Positions 23,115 through 32,887 of a DNA stretch of 64,000 nt are shown here, one piece after another. Each line of letters starts with the position of its first letter. The stretch's first letter is position 1. A program made the translations under genes and the position numbers. The notes under the pieces are model-generated. The model was not told the origin of the DNA, did not search any database, and saw nothing but the letters and a program-made list of their open reading frames with translations. The stretch is from Anthoceros angustus (Eukaryota; Plantae; Anthocerotophyta). The stretch is taken from assembly GCA_010909165.1 (NCBI GenBank), contig MU008158.1, forward strand, positions 246,581 to 310,580, in the 5' to 3' direction.

Positions 23115-25607
23115 TTAAAAGATATTAAAAAATAAACGAGGCCAATGACCACGACCCCAGTTGAGGAGATTGTCATAATTTGTCTTCTTAAACGGGAAGT
23201 AGAGATCCTGGTTCAGGTACCTTTCCTCCAGAATCTGCTCAATATCTGAGCGTTCCATTCTATCCATGCATAAGGCGAGAATGGCTAAGGCGCTTGAAGT
23301 ACCCGGTTCAACTGCTGTTAAAACTCGCACAATCTCATCCATCAATTCTGCTGCAACACTCCCTGAACCAGACAAGACAGGGAACACAAAAGCAAGGGCG
23401 AAGGAGCACCGGATCCAGTCTTTTTGCTTCTCATCAGTCAAGTAAGAAGAGTCATTGGCGTGTAGTATCCTCGCCAGCCAGCTTTTGACTTTGAAGCATG
23501 TGGTTAGCACGTTGCCGGGTATTATCGTCTCCAGACAGTCTTTAGGTTCGGAACATGTGGTTAGCATGTCTTCTATCTTCTGGCTTGCCTCCAGAGCTCC
23601 TATTCCCGCCAATCCGGGATACCCATGAGTGCAGAGCAGGTCTAGCAAATCCGGGATATTCATGAGTGCCTCGTCCTCAAATCTGCACCGCGGACAGCTG
23701 CAGAAATCCTGTAGGAAATGTCGCCTAAACTCTTCACTGCGGAGGAGGTTGCTGTGGAAGGTAGAGACAAAATGGATCGAAAGCTCCTCTCCGGCCTGTA
23801 TCCTGCTAGTGGAGGCAATAAACATAGCTCCGCCGCTCTGTGTAGACTCCGTGTAGCGGACGCAATTGGGAGCACAAGAGTGCTTGAAGAAAGAAGGCAA
23901 TCCATATAGCGCCCCGTCAAACGTCCCATGTGTTTCCAGAACGCAACGGATATTATGGATGTCCACGTTCACCAAGTGCCGTTGGTGCTCCTCCATGGAG
24001 CTCACATCTCCATAACGGTCGTCATCCCAATCTTTAGTGAACAAATCCAAGGAAGGCTTGCACGTCCTACTGCCACGCAGCATGCTCCTGAGCTGTGCGG
24101 CGTACTGCGGAGATTGCTGTGCTTTGGCTATGGTCTCTACAAACATATTCTGGAATTGGGCGGTCCAGGATGTAAGGTGGCCGGGCTCAGCTTCCCCTGT
24201 CCAAAGGCACCTTGCGCAGTAAAAGCGTATCCGGGGCCAAGTCCGGTGAGCTTTTCCTCGAGCAAGGGGATTGCTCACAAGGAGTAGCTCCCCCGGCTTC
24301 ACATCCTGGGATGCAAACATCCCGGGCTCCCGACTGCTCATACGAATCTCGATTGCTCCAGCAAACGGAGCACAGCCTGGCGCGAGCTCAGTTCCAGTAT
24401 ACCTGGAGAAGTCCTCGTCGTCGAACTCGTAGAGGCCTAAACCACTCTGCTTCATAGCTATGCTTGCCCTGGATTTCTGATGCCGGATTTCGGCCAGAAG
24501 ATCCGATCCGGGCTCGGAGGTATCGAGACTCGCCTGCAGCTCCTCAAGACAGGTAGCCTCCTCGTCGTATAGGTGCATCCCGTGCAGACATTTCGCTCTT
24601 TGGATCTTGCCCTTGGCGCAGCTAGGGTTAAGCTGTAACCACATGTCGGCATCCGCCAACGCTTTCTTGTAGCTTCCGAGACGCAAATACGTCTCACACC
24701 TCTGGAAATAGATCAGCTCAAGCATTTCGTGGATCTCTTGGCGCAGCGGATTCGCGGACTTGGAACCCGCGGCGGAGGTAGAGGCCTCGTCCGGGTCCGA
24801 AACAGAGGATATCACATCCGCGGCCTGTATGGTGTCGTTGAAATCCTCCAGGAGGGTACAACCCGAGTTGTAGCAGTAAAGCGCCCTGGTGCACTCGTTG
24901 TCAGCCAAGTGAGCGTTTGCTCGGGCATGAAGTTCCTTGATGCAATCTAAGCCCGGCCTCCTCTGCTCCCGTCCACTCTGATGTAAATACGTTTTAGCTT
25001 GATCAGCCAAGGATATGTCGGCAGTCGGCATAATGTCTGCAGGGTTGGCAACCTTGATGCCATACTTCCCACCCAACCACAGAGGCGTGAACGCGGGTTC
25101 TTTGATAGCAACCTCCATTCCTTCAGGGTACTTCTTGCACACATCTGCTTCGCTGGCCGTTGTACACACAGCATTGTCGATCACCACCAGGACAGCACGT
25201 CCCTTCGTATCTTCCAACACCGTCCGAATTCCCCCCGTCAGAAATGGCTTCGCACACAACGTGCCGTGAAGGATCCGCCCATGGTGCACAGTCACCGGGA
25301 ACCTATCTGGATCCTTCGGCGTTTCCGGATCCGGAGCGATCAAATCATCGACAAGCATGTCCTCCAAAGCTGCGAAGGGAGCCGATGGCCACAGAGGATC
25401 CAGCACATGGTGGCTGAACGTCCGCCTGGCACATTCAGGATCATCCACCATTCTTTTGAATTCTGCCGCACATTCAGCGTGGCCCTCCGTCAAGCTTCTT
25501 TTATCGAACTCCAGGGATACTGTGAGGAAGGACTCGCATATGCCTCTTTCCCTGAGCCTGTCCGCCACAGCGTGGTCCATGGTAACCGGAATTTCGGGCT
25601 GAGCCAT
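23115..25607 (-). CDS. Intronless TPR + SET (SMYD-like, post-SET Cys) protein of the fungal/cryptogam type, 830 aa
   Basis: N-terminal HHGRILHGTL...VLEDTKG...VAIKEP domain; TPR helices (RCETYLRLGSYKKALADAD...KGKIQRAKCL); SET motifs GMFASQDVKPGELLLVSNP, SFFKHSCAPN, IQAGEELSIHF; post-SET CSCPRC. Confidence 0.85.
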   Translation of the reverse strand: MAQPEIPVTMDHAVADRLRERGICESFLTVSLEFDKRSLTEGHAECAAEFKRMVDDPECARRTFSHHVLDPLWPSAPFAALEDMLVDDLIAPDPETPKDPDRFPVTVHHGRILHGTLCAKPFLTGGIRTVLEDTKGRAVLVVIDNAVCTTASEADVCKKYPEGMEVAIKEPAFTPLWLGGKYGIKVANPADIMPTADISLADQAKTYLHQSGREQRRPGLDCIKELHARANAHLADNECTRALYCYNSGCTLLEDFNDTIQAADVISSVSDPDEASTSAAGSKSANPLRQEIHEMLELIYFQRCETYLRLGSYKKALADADMWLQLNPSCAKGKIQRAKCLHGMHLYDEEATCLEELQASLDTSEPGSDLLAEIRHQKSRASIAMKQSGLGLYEFDDEDFSRYTGTELAPGCAPFAGAIEIRMSSREPGMFASQDVKPGELLLVSNPLARGKAHRTWPRIRFYCARCLWTGEAEPGHLTSWTAQFQNMFVETIAKAQQSPQYAAQLRSMLRGSRTCKPSLDLFTKDWDDDRYGDVSSMEEHQRHLVNVDIHNIRCVLETHGTFDGALYGLPSFFKHSCAPNCVRYTESTQSGGAMFIASTSRIQAGEELSIHFVSTFHSNLLRSEEFRRHFLQDFCSCPRCRFEDEALMNIPDLLDLLCTHGYPGLAGIGALEASQKIEDMLTTCSEPKDCLETIIPGNVLTTCFKVKSWLARILHANDSSYLTDEKQKDWIRCSFALAFVFPVLSGSGSVAAELMDEIVRVLTAVEPGTSSALAILALCMDRMERSDIEQILEERYLNQDLYFPFKKTNYDNLLNWGRGHWPRLFFNIF

Positions 25608-25940
25608 GTTGGTGCCGAATCCGATCGATCGTCTCCAGAGCTCGCTGTACGGACACTAGTTCCAAGGACGAGATGCCACAGGTGGCGCTGAGATCGCAAC
25701 AGTGCAACTAACTGAATACAGTCGGGGTCAGGCCTATAGGAGGCGAGCGGACCAAACATCCTGGCAGGCAGGAAGCTTCACGAAGCATACAGAACTTTCG
25801 TCGTTTGGCCGCTCGCATTTTTGAAGTCTTAAGTTGGTGTACAGTGCGGCCTCGACGTCCAATACAGCGACCATAAATTACATAACTCTAGGGTTAAGGT
25901 GATAATATGTAGGTACCCAATGGCTTCCCACACAATCTAA

Positions 25941-26263
25941 AGGTTTTGGTATGACTCCGGTGAAAGAAATCCGCTGCTGGGTGCTTTTGGCTGGCCAATT
26001 TTCCGTTGATATCGCTGTAATAGGGGGATTGTAGCAATATTCTGGGGATTTCTGATGGTTTGTTCAATGGCTTTTGCTGCAAACTTGTCACGGAGAGGAA
26101 TAGCCAGTTGTGGTTGTGTACGGGGCTCAGCTAACGAGGCAGACAAGACCCAATGCTGGTGGTGGTGCACTGGAGAGGCAGATAGGAGGGCCTGGAAGCA
26201 GCTTGTAGCACTAGCCAAGTGCTAATTAGAATCAGAAGTACGCTCGAGCCTTGTGGCCCTCAG
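25941..26263 (+). pseudogene. Degenerate duplicated fragment of the RIO1 gene (donor ~39277-39690: end of exon 1, intron 1, exon 2)
   Basis: ATGACTCCGGTGAAAG.AAATCCG, CTGCTGGGTGCTTT, GCTGTAATAGG, CAATGGCTTTTG, GAGAGGAAT, AGACCCAA.GCTGGTGGTGGTGCACTG and CCTTGTGG.CC.TCAG occur in the same order in both places. Confidence 0.85.
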
Positions 26264-26284
26264 GTTTGGACAGGAATTAGGCAG

Positions 26285-26990
26285 GATGCTTAGAACTTAG
26301 GCAGGATGGACAACGATAGAGGAGTCTTGCTGTTGTGAAGACTAGGTTTATGATCACTAGCATCTCTATTCACCTCATGTGAATTACAGTCAGTGAATGT
26401 TGCGATGGAGTCGAGTTCTCCTGTATTCTTTCCAAGAGGTTCTCCTTGTGATTTTAATTTTACAACTTGCTCATGCTTGTTGTGTCTAGTGGCCATGGGT
26501 AGGTTCTCTCACCATACCAAGATGTCAGGTTATACAGAACTATGAACTGTGTGTTTACAGGTTGTAGTAGACTAGAGGTTGTAGTAGACTAGAGCTGGTG
26601 TACTGTGATCGGGGTACTTGATTCTAGTTGGGCTCTGATTGACGAGAAAATAGTTGTGGCAACTTCGAGCTTCCGTTCTTTAACTTGTGCTCATAGTGCT
26701 TAAGGTAATTGTGTGCATGAAGTATTGTGTTGTTCGAAGTTGGTTAGACCAGAGAGTCTCTTAGTTCAGGATATATAGTCTCTTAATTCAGGATATACAC
26801 TATGTTGTTCATGAAGCATTACTACGTTCATAGTGGTTTGCAGTAGCAGTAATTCTTACCGTTTGTGTGGTTGGTATGTATGAATCTTAAGCTCATCAAT
26901 CTCATTGTGACCTTCTCTTACAATATAGGTTATCCTATCATAGGCATGTGCATAGTAAGGCATATATAATAAGTAAATTGGCAGAATAAC
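26285..26990 (+). pseudogene. Degenerate duplicated fragment of the SF3B3-like gene (donor ~16205-16880: three exons plus introns)
   Basis: ACTTAGGCAGGATGGA, GACTAGGTTTATGATCACTAGCATCTCT.TTCACCTCATG, GTGTCTAGTGGCCATGGGT, TAGTAGACTAGAGCT, TTAACTTGTGCTCATAGTGCT.AAGGTAATTGTGTGCA and AATCTCATTGT are shared in order, with stops and indels in the copy. Confidence 0.9.
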
Positions 26991-27088
26991 TCATTGGAGC
27001 CTTTAACATGCATGGAGAGCAATCTTTGCTGAATTTGTCAGGTTGTGGATGTTCAATAGTAATCAATCTAAATTTTACATGCATCTAT

Positions 27089-27192
27089 AAGTACTTCGCA
27101 CTAAATTCAATTGTGAAAAGTACTTCCCACTAGATTCAATTGTGAAAAGTACTTCCCACTAAATTCAATTGTGAAAAGTACTTTCCCACTAA
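27089..27192 (+). repeat. 29-bp tandem repeat, about 3.5 copies
   Basis: AAGTACTTCCCACTAAATTCAATTGTGAA repeated. Confidence 0.85.
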
Positions 27193-28245
27193 GTACAACA
27201 GAATATTAAAAAGATAAATTCTATGGATTGTAAAACATGATTATATAATTTTAGTTAATATATTCATATTTTAAAAATATAATAATTAATATTTATATGA
27301 ATTATAAAAATTTATAATTTAATCAATAATATGCATATATATATATATATATTTACATATTCTTTCTCTATCTATTGATTACTACGGTTGGAGTACAATA
27401 GCTGTAAAATATCATAGCTAACGGACTAGATGTAACAAGGCATCTAATTGTTTTACGATAATTGTTAAAGTCGTAGAAAGTTAGATATATTATAAACTTA
27501 CTTATTTTGAACTTAAATAACAGATTTATAAGAGAAACGTATACATAGAATTTCGAACAAAAATGAAGCCATAACAATCCTAGTCTTCTAACTCATCTAC
27601 CAAATGGAAAAAAGAAAACATTCTTAGTGTCTTCCTCTACCTTAATGCAGAGCTTGAGAATATGAAAATGCACTTATCTTTACACCTAAAATATTTAAGA
27701 ATCTAAAGGTTAATAAATAGTTTAAGAACTTAGAGGAATACCCAAATTTATATCATTGGGAAAATATAATCTACTAGCTCTTTAGAATGCGTATTAGATA
27801 TTAGCATATAGAACTTAATTTTAAGCCGTGTCCTCCAAGAATAGAGTACAAAAGGTGATAAAAAAGAGACAAGAGAAAACCATCCACCCCAAGAGAAGGG
27901 AAAATAACTCTTAGAGGGCAACAGACCATGACCATGGGGACTAACTAACCCCCGTTGTCGCCTATCTTGCAGCTCCTGTGCCAAGGATATCATAAGAGGG
28001 GATGCGAAAGGCTACCCACCAACGGTACCGAAGAAACGCCTGCCCTGCGCTTGCCGTTGTCCTATACGCGTTGGCCAATGCCCGTTGCAGGCGATGGACA
28101 CCCGTTCCTTGTAGAAAGAGAGAAGCCAACCCCATTCCCACGGCTGATAGAAGTCCGACTTGAACCACCCGAACTTGTGAAGTTTCCCGGGAATGGTTCG
28201 ACGATTTACCGCCTCGCCTACTTTGCTATGCCGGCCAATGTCAGC

Positions 28246-28713
28246 TTATGTGGTATCATCGTCCGTGGCCCAAACAGATGATCTGATCACAAAAAACCCA
28301 GCCGTTGCTCCGAGAACCACTGCTAGGAACACGCCCAGGTTGAATGACATCACAGCAAGCATGAGCAAGTATCCTAGAGCCACTCTCAACGCGTGAACCA
28401 GCGTTACCGAAATCCGCTGGGTGACAATCGCAAGCCAAGGCATTTTGGGCCGCTCCAGGGAGGAAATAGACGTGGACCGGAAATGGCGGGGAATCCTCGA
28501 CTGCAGCGAAGTCAGACCTTCGTAGAGGAAAGCGGAAAGGAAGAGAACAATGAGGGCCACCACGTAGTGAGACGTGTGAGTGGTGGCCCAGCTCCTTGCA
28601 AAGAGCGTCACTTCATTGCTCCACACAAACCACGACGCTTGCATTGTCGCCATGGAAGAAGCAGATCCCATAGTGGGAGCCATGGCTGTTCCTGGATCCA
28701 TCGTGCCCTCCAT
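28246..28713 (-). CDS. COPT: COPT/Ctr-family high-affinity copper transporter (probable 5'-UTR intron ending ~28731)
   Basis: Met-rich N-terminus (MEGTMDPGTAMAPTMGSASSMATM), FVWSNEVTLF..W, TM2 motif MLAVM (MxxxM) followed by GATAG (GxxxG); CTAAC branch point and CAG acceptor just upstream of the ATG. Confidence 0.93.
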   Translation of the reverse strand: MEGTMDPGTAMAPTMGSASSMATMQASWFVWSNEVTLFARSWATTHTSHYVVALIVLFLSAFLYEGLTSLQSRIPRHFRSTSISSLERPKMPWLAIVTQRISVTLVHALRVALGYLLMLAVMSFNLGVFLAVVLGATAGFFVIRSSVWATDDDTT

Positions 28714-29806
28714 GATCTCCTTCACAAACCTGGACAGCTAGTTAGTCACTTTGCCATGAATGGCCGAGCACACAACTCCTACAAAAAACTCAGTGCTGGA
28801 GACTGCTAGCCTCTGTTTACCAGAGCAGCTCAGAAATTGAAGTCGTTCAATGCTTCCCAAAAAGCTTCCACGAATGTGCACGAGAATCCCGAGGCATCGA
28901 CTGGAATGGTATCGACTGGACGGTTCTCCTCAGCAGACTGGGAAGAAGCCGATACTCCAATTCTCGAGACTGGAGTCTTATGAATTGGAGGACTGTGACA
29001 CGGAGCCTGGGTTCATCCTTGAGGAGGGCAGCTGGACAGACCTGATCTCGACGTTCCCAACACGACCCACCAGTCAGCAATCTTGTCCCCGCAGTAGTTG
29101 GGCGTCACGTCGGCTTCGGTTCTTCCGTTGCCATGTGTGTCGACTCTCAGCACTTTTGTCACATAGCGGACAGTGAAGCCGGACACCTGAAGAACAGTGT
29201 AATATATTGTATCATGTGAGCAGGAAACCAACCGATGTGAGATTTTTGGACTAAGATAAGGCTGCCATAGGTTGCTCGATGGTGCAATAAGACAACGTCA
29301 CAGCTGCAGCAGAAGGATGTCCTGAAACAAGAAAGCCAATGGCAACAAAAACTGGACTCGTGAAATAAAAGGAGGAAGGCGTTACCCCATCCTGCCGTCT
29401 GGAGTGCAAAGCAGACTGCCCACGAAGAACCATCAAGCATCACGAAAGCTTGCAATTGTTGTATGTAGACACACTTCTCAGAAGTCTTTGAAGGCTTTAT
29501 TCATCCTACTTACGGCAAACTTTCCTCACCAGTCCTCATTCAATCTTCCACACAGCTTAAGAGTCTTGAAACACGCAGGCAAGTGCCGCTGTGGCAACTG
29601 CACCGATGGAGCATTTCCAATGAACGCCAAGGCAGCAATAGAGCACTTGAGCACGTTCAAAGCAAACCAAGCCCCTACATCTAAGGCATTGTCCAGCAAG
29701 CATTCAAGGCTCAAGGCGTAAGTCTCATCTAGGTGCCTCTCTCCATCACCTGAACAAAAGCTTGCCCCTTGCAACCCTCCCTTAATTTCCAGGAACAGGG
29801 TCTCAG

Positions 29807-30172
29807 TCACAGACCCTTCTTGCTCTCCTCCGCGTCGGGAGCGGTAGCAGCCTCCTGCTCTCTGCTCTCCTCCAGCTGCTGTTTGAGCTTGCGCTTCTCG
29901 ATGCTCTTCCTGGCCTTGGCTGGCAGAGCAGCTAGCCGCCGCTCCTCTTGCTGCCGAGCCCTCTCCTCCTTGTCATACTGCAGCTGCATCTCCTTAGCAT
30001 GCCGCTTCGACACGTAGTAGAGAAGAAGCACAAGCAGCCCGGCAGTCGTGGACGAGATGTGCTTGTAGTAGGCCAAAGCACCAGGGACGATGGCGAGGAG
30101 CAAGATCCAGATTTGCTGTCCCCTGCTATACCTAAAGTCGAAATTGAGCTTGAAGTTGATGTTGAGCTTCAT
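29807..30172 (-). CDS. Unknown 121-aa membrane protein (two short hydrophobic segments, charged coiled coil, C-terminal KKGL)
   Basis: Clean single-exon ORF with GC3-rich codons: IWILLLAIVPGALAYY and AGLLVLLLYYV, then an E/K/R/Q-rich helix and a KKXX-type end. Confidence 0.65.
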   Translation of the reverse strand: MKLNINFKLNFDFRYSRGQQIWILLLAIVPGALAYYKHISSTTAGLLVLLLYYVSKRHAKEMQLQYDKEERARQQEERRLAALPAKARKSIEKRKLKQQLEESREQEAATAPDAEESKKGL

Positions 30173-30402
30173 CCTTCCAAGCTGGCTCCCGGGCCAGCCA
30201 GATCCCACAGGCCAGGCAAACCCCTGAATTGCTGAATCCCCCCCTCCCCGAGGCCCGCGCGAGAAACAATAAGCTACAAGATGCAGCCGCAGATCATGGC
30301 TTCAGCTCCGCTCGACTCCAACAATCCCAAAACTCCCCCCACATGTCCCGATCTACAGCAAAGAAGCTGGCAGTTAGGCGAGTTCGATCAACAGAAGATG
30401 GC

Positions 30403-30772
30403 GTACAACCCCGCTTCCCACGGCAGCGGCAGAGCCTCGAGAATGTGAAGCACCACAGATGCCTCCGGCCTCCGGCCTCCGGCAACCCGCACCTCGAAAG
30501 GGGCGCACACGCACTGCCTGCCGGGCCCCTGGTGAAAATATCGCGAAAGTACAGTCTCCTGTACTGTAGAAAAAGTCGTTATTATTGATCACTTTCCACA
30601 CCGGTTGGAACAAAGTGACGACATGTCCGTATGTACACACACCCTGTGACGGCCGCACAGCGAGCGGCAAGCGATGCTTCGGGGCTGGCATTCCAGTAGT
30701 CTATGTACAGACACACCTAACTAGGCGTGACATCTTCCACGGGATGCGTGTGCGTGATTTTTACACTGGTAC
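30403..30772. promoter_or_regulatory. Cluster of six GTAC cores (candidate SPL7/CRR1 copper-response elements)
   Basis: GTAC at 30403, 30549, 30561, 30633, 30705 and 30769, upstream of the small membrane ORF and COPT. Confidence 0.35.
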
Positions 30773-30884
30773 TTGGGATGTGATCTCGACTGACGTCTGC
30801 CTGCCAGTGGCGCCTCGGAGAAGCATCAACAGAAGGTTGTGGGCTCAAGAGCATTGCACTGCCACTTCCCCGACACCGGTGCGG

Positions 30885-32887
30885 CTACTTCCGGAGCTGC
30901 AAGGGCCGCATCATCTCGTTGTCTTCGTGGTCCAGAATGTGGCAATGCCACACATAGCCCGGCTTCCTGAAGGGGTCGAAGCCGAACTGGTGGCCGTCCT
31001 GGGACGTGAACCTGATGACAAACCGGGTGACCTCGCCCGGGTACGTGACCGCCGTGTCCTTCCACCCTAACTGGTGCCCGCGCGGCGCCTGCGCCGGGCC
31101 CGTGTAGCAGCTGGTGTTGGAAGGGAAGTCGGAGCCCAGATCGCAGCTGCCCGCGCCGTACGCGTCCGCGTCGAAGGGCTGCCAATTGTGCACCTTGAAG
31201 CGCACCAGGTGGATGTGGATGGGGTGGCCGTCCTCCGTCAGGTTCACGATCTCCCATATCTCCGTGGTCCCGAACCTGGGCGTCTCCGTGACGGGCTCCA
31301 CCCACCGCTTCCCCCCCAGCAGCGAGTAGATGGGGCCTCCCGTGACCGGGTCGTCGAACTCCTGCAGCAGCAGCTTCCGCGTGAGCACCGCGGCGGCCGG
31401 GTCGACGTCCTGGTCGTCCGCGGTGTCCAGGTTCAAGGGCACGTAGTAGCTCCCGCTGGAGGAATCCGCCTCTGCGCATTCGCAGTTCCCACAACCACCA
31501 TCACTCTCTCTCTCGCTCTCTCGCACTCGTGAAGGAAAAACACGGACGAGGCACAGCGGCTCACCTGACGCCGGAGACGAGGGGGGCTGTACCACCGTGA
31601 ACTTGATGATGAAGGTGGTCCCGGCGGGGCTGAAGGAGGGGTCGCCGGAGGGGAAGGGGGCAGGCCCCGAGTTGTTGAGGTACAGGACGGAGCCGGGGGG
31701 GAGGAGGGAGAAATCCAGCACCACGTCCGCCCTCTCGCCGGGCGCGAGCGTGAGGAGGCTCACATTCCTGGGCCGGTGGAGGTAGCCGCCGTCGGTGCCG
31801 ATTTGGAAGAACACCACCCGGGGGTCGCTGAGGAAGAGCTGGAGGAACCTGGCGTTGGCCGCGTTGAGGAGGCGAAAGCGGTAGCGCGCCGGGAGGACGT
31901 CCAGGAAGGGCCAGACCTTGCCGTTGGCGAGCATGACGTCGCCGAAGTACTCCGGGCACCAGCTGGGGTGGACGTCCGGGGCGTTGCCGATGCTGGGGAA
32001 GTTGATGCTGCCGTCGGGCCAGAAGGCCTTGTCCTGGAAGAGGAGCGGGATGTCGAAGGCGCCCTGCGGGAGGCCCGGGAGCGGCTCCTCCCCCGGGGCG
32101 TCGCGCAGGAGGTAGAAGCCCGCCAGCCCGGCCAGGACGTTCATCCGGGTGAGTCCCAGCGCGTGGTCGTGGTACCACAGGTTGGTCGCCCGCTGCTCGT
32201 TCGGGTACCGGTAGTTCCTGGTGTGGAAGGCTGGGCCGGTTTCGCCGCCCGCCGTCCACCACGCCTCCGGGTGGCCGTCGAACCTGCTGTCCGTCTCGCT
32301 GCCGTGAAGGTGCGGCACAAGGGGCACCCCGCCTTTCGCCGGCGCCGCCCAGTGGATGCTCCTGTCGACCGTTAGGAAGTGATCCCGGTCGCGGATGTGG
32401 TTGCTCCACCGGATGCGAGTCCGGACGTGCTTCGTCGCGTGTAGCGTCGGGCCCGGGTAGGTCGCCTTCGCGCGGGTCGTCCCGTAGGCGTACAGTGTCG
32501 TGGGAGGCAGGTCCCGGTGCAGCTTCTGCGCCACAGGAAAGAAAAAAATATCCACACAGCGTTCAATCCCGGGAAAAAACGCAACAAAGCCGCAAGGCAG
32601 ACAAAGATTTTCGCAATGCCATGACGTATGGAGGCATGCATGTTCACGATGTCTTGTGGCAAAGCTCAGGAGCAAGGTTGTGAGCCTACCTGCGTGATCT
32701 TGTAAGCGCCGATCTTGACCCAGCGGCCGGCAGAGACGTTGATGGACGGAATGATCGGCAGAGCATCCACAAAAGGCTCCAACTGCGGAGACGGATCCAG
32801 AGCTTGGCAGTAGGACTGCAGACTTGCCGCTCCCGGCACCACAGCCGCACACGAGAGAAGCAGGAGCAGGGATGCGAGGAGCGCCAT
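30885..32887 (-). CDS. LPR1: LPR1-type (CotA-like) multicopper oxidase/ferroxidase; exons 32887-32690, 32525-31565, 31471-30885
   Basis: Signal peptide, LEPFVDALP, KLHRDLPPT, copper ligands PHLHG, WYHDH, HPIHIH and YVWHCHILDHEDNEMMRP; LPR-type WCPEYFGD, FPSGDP and NLTEDGHP motifs. Confidence 0.93.
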
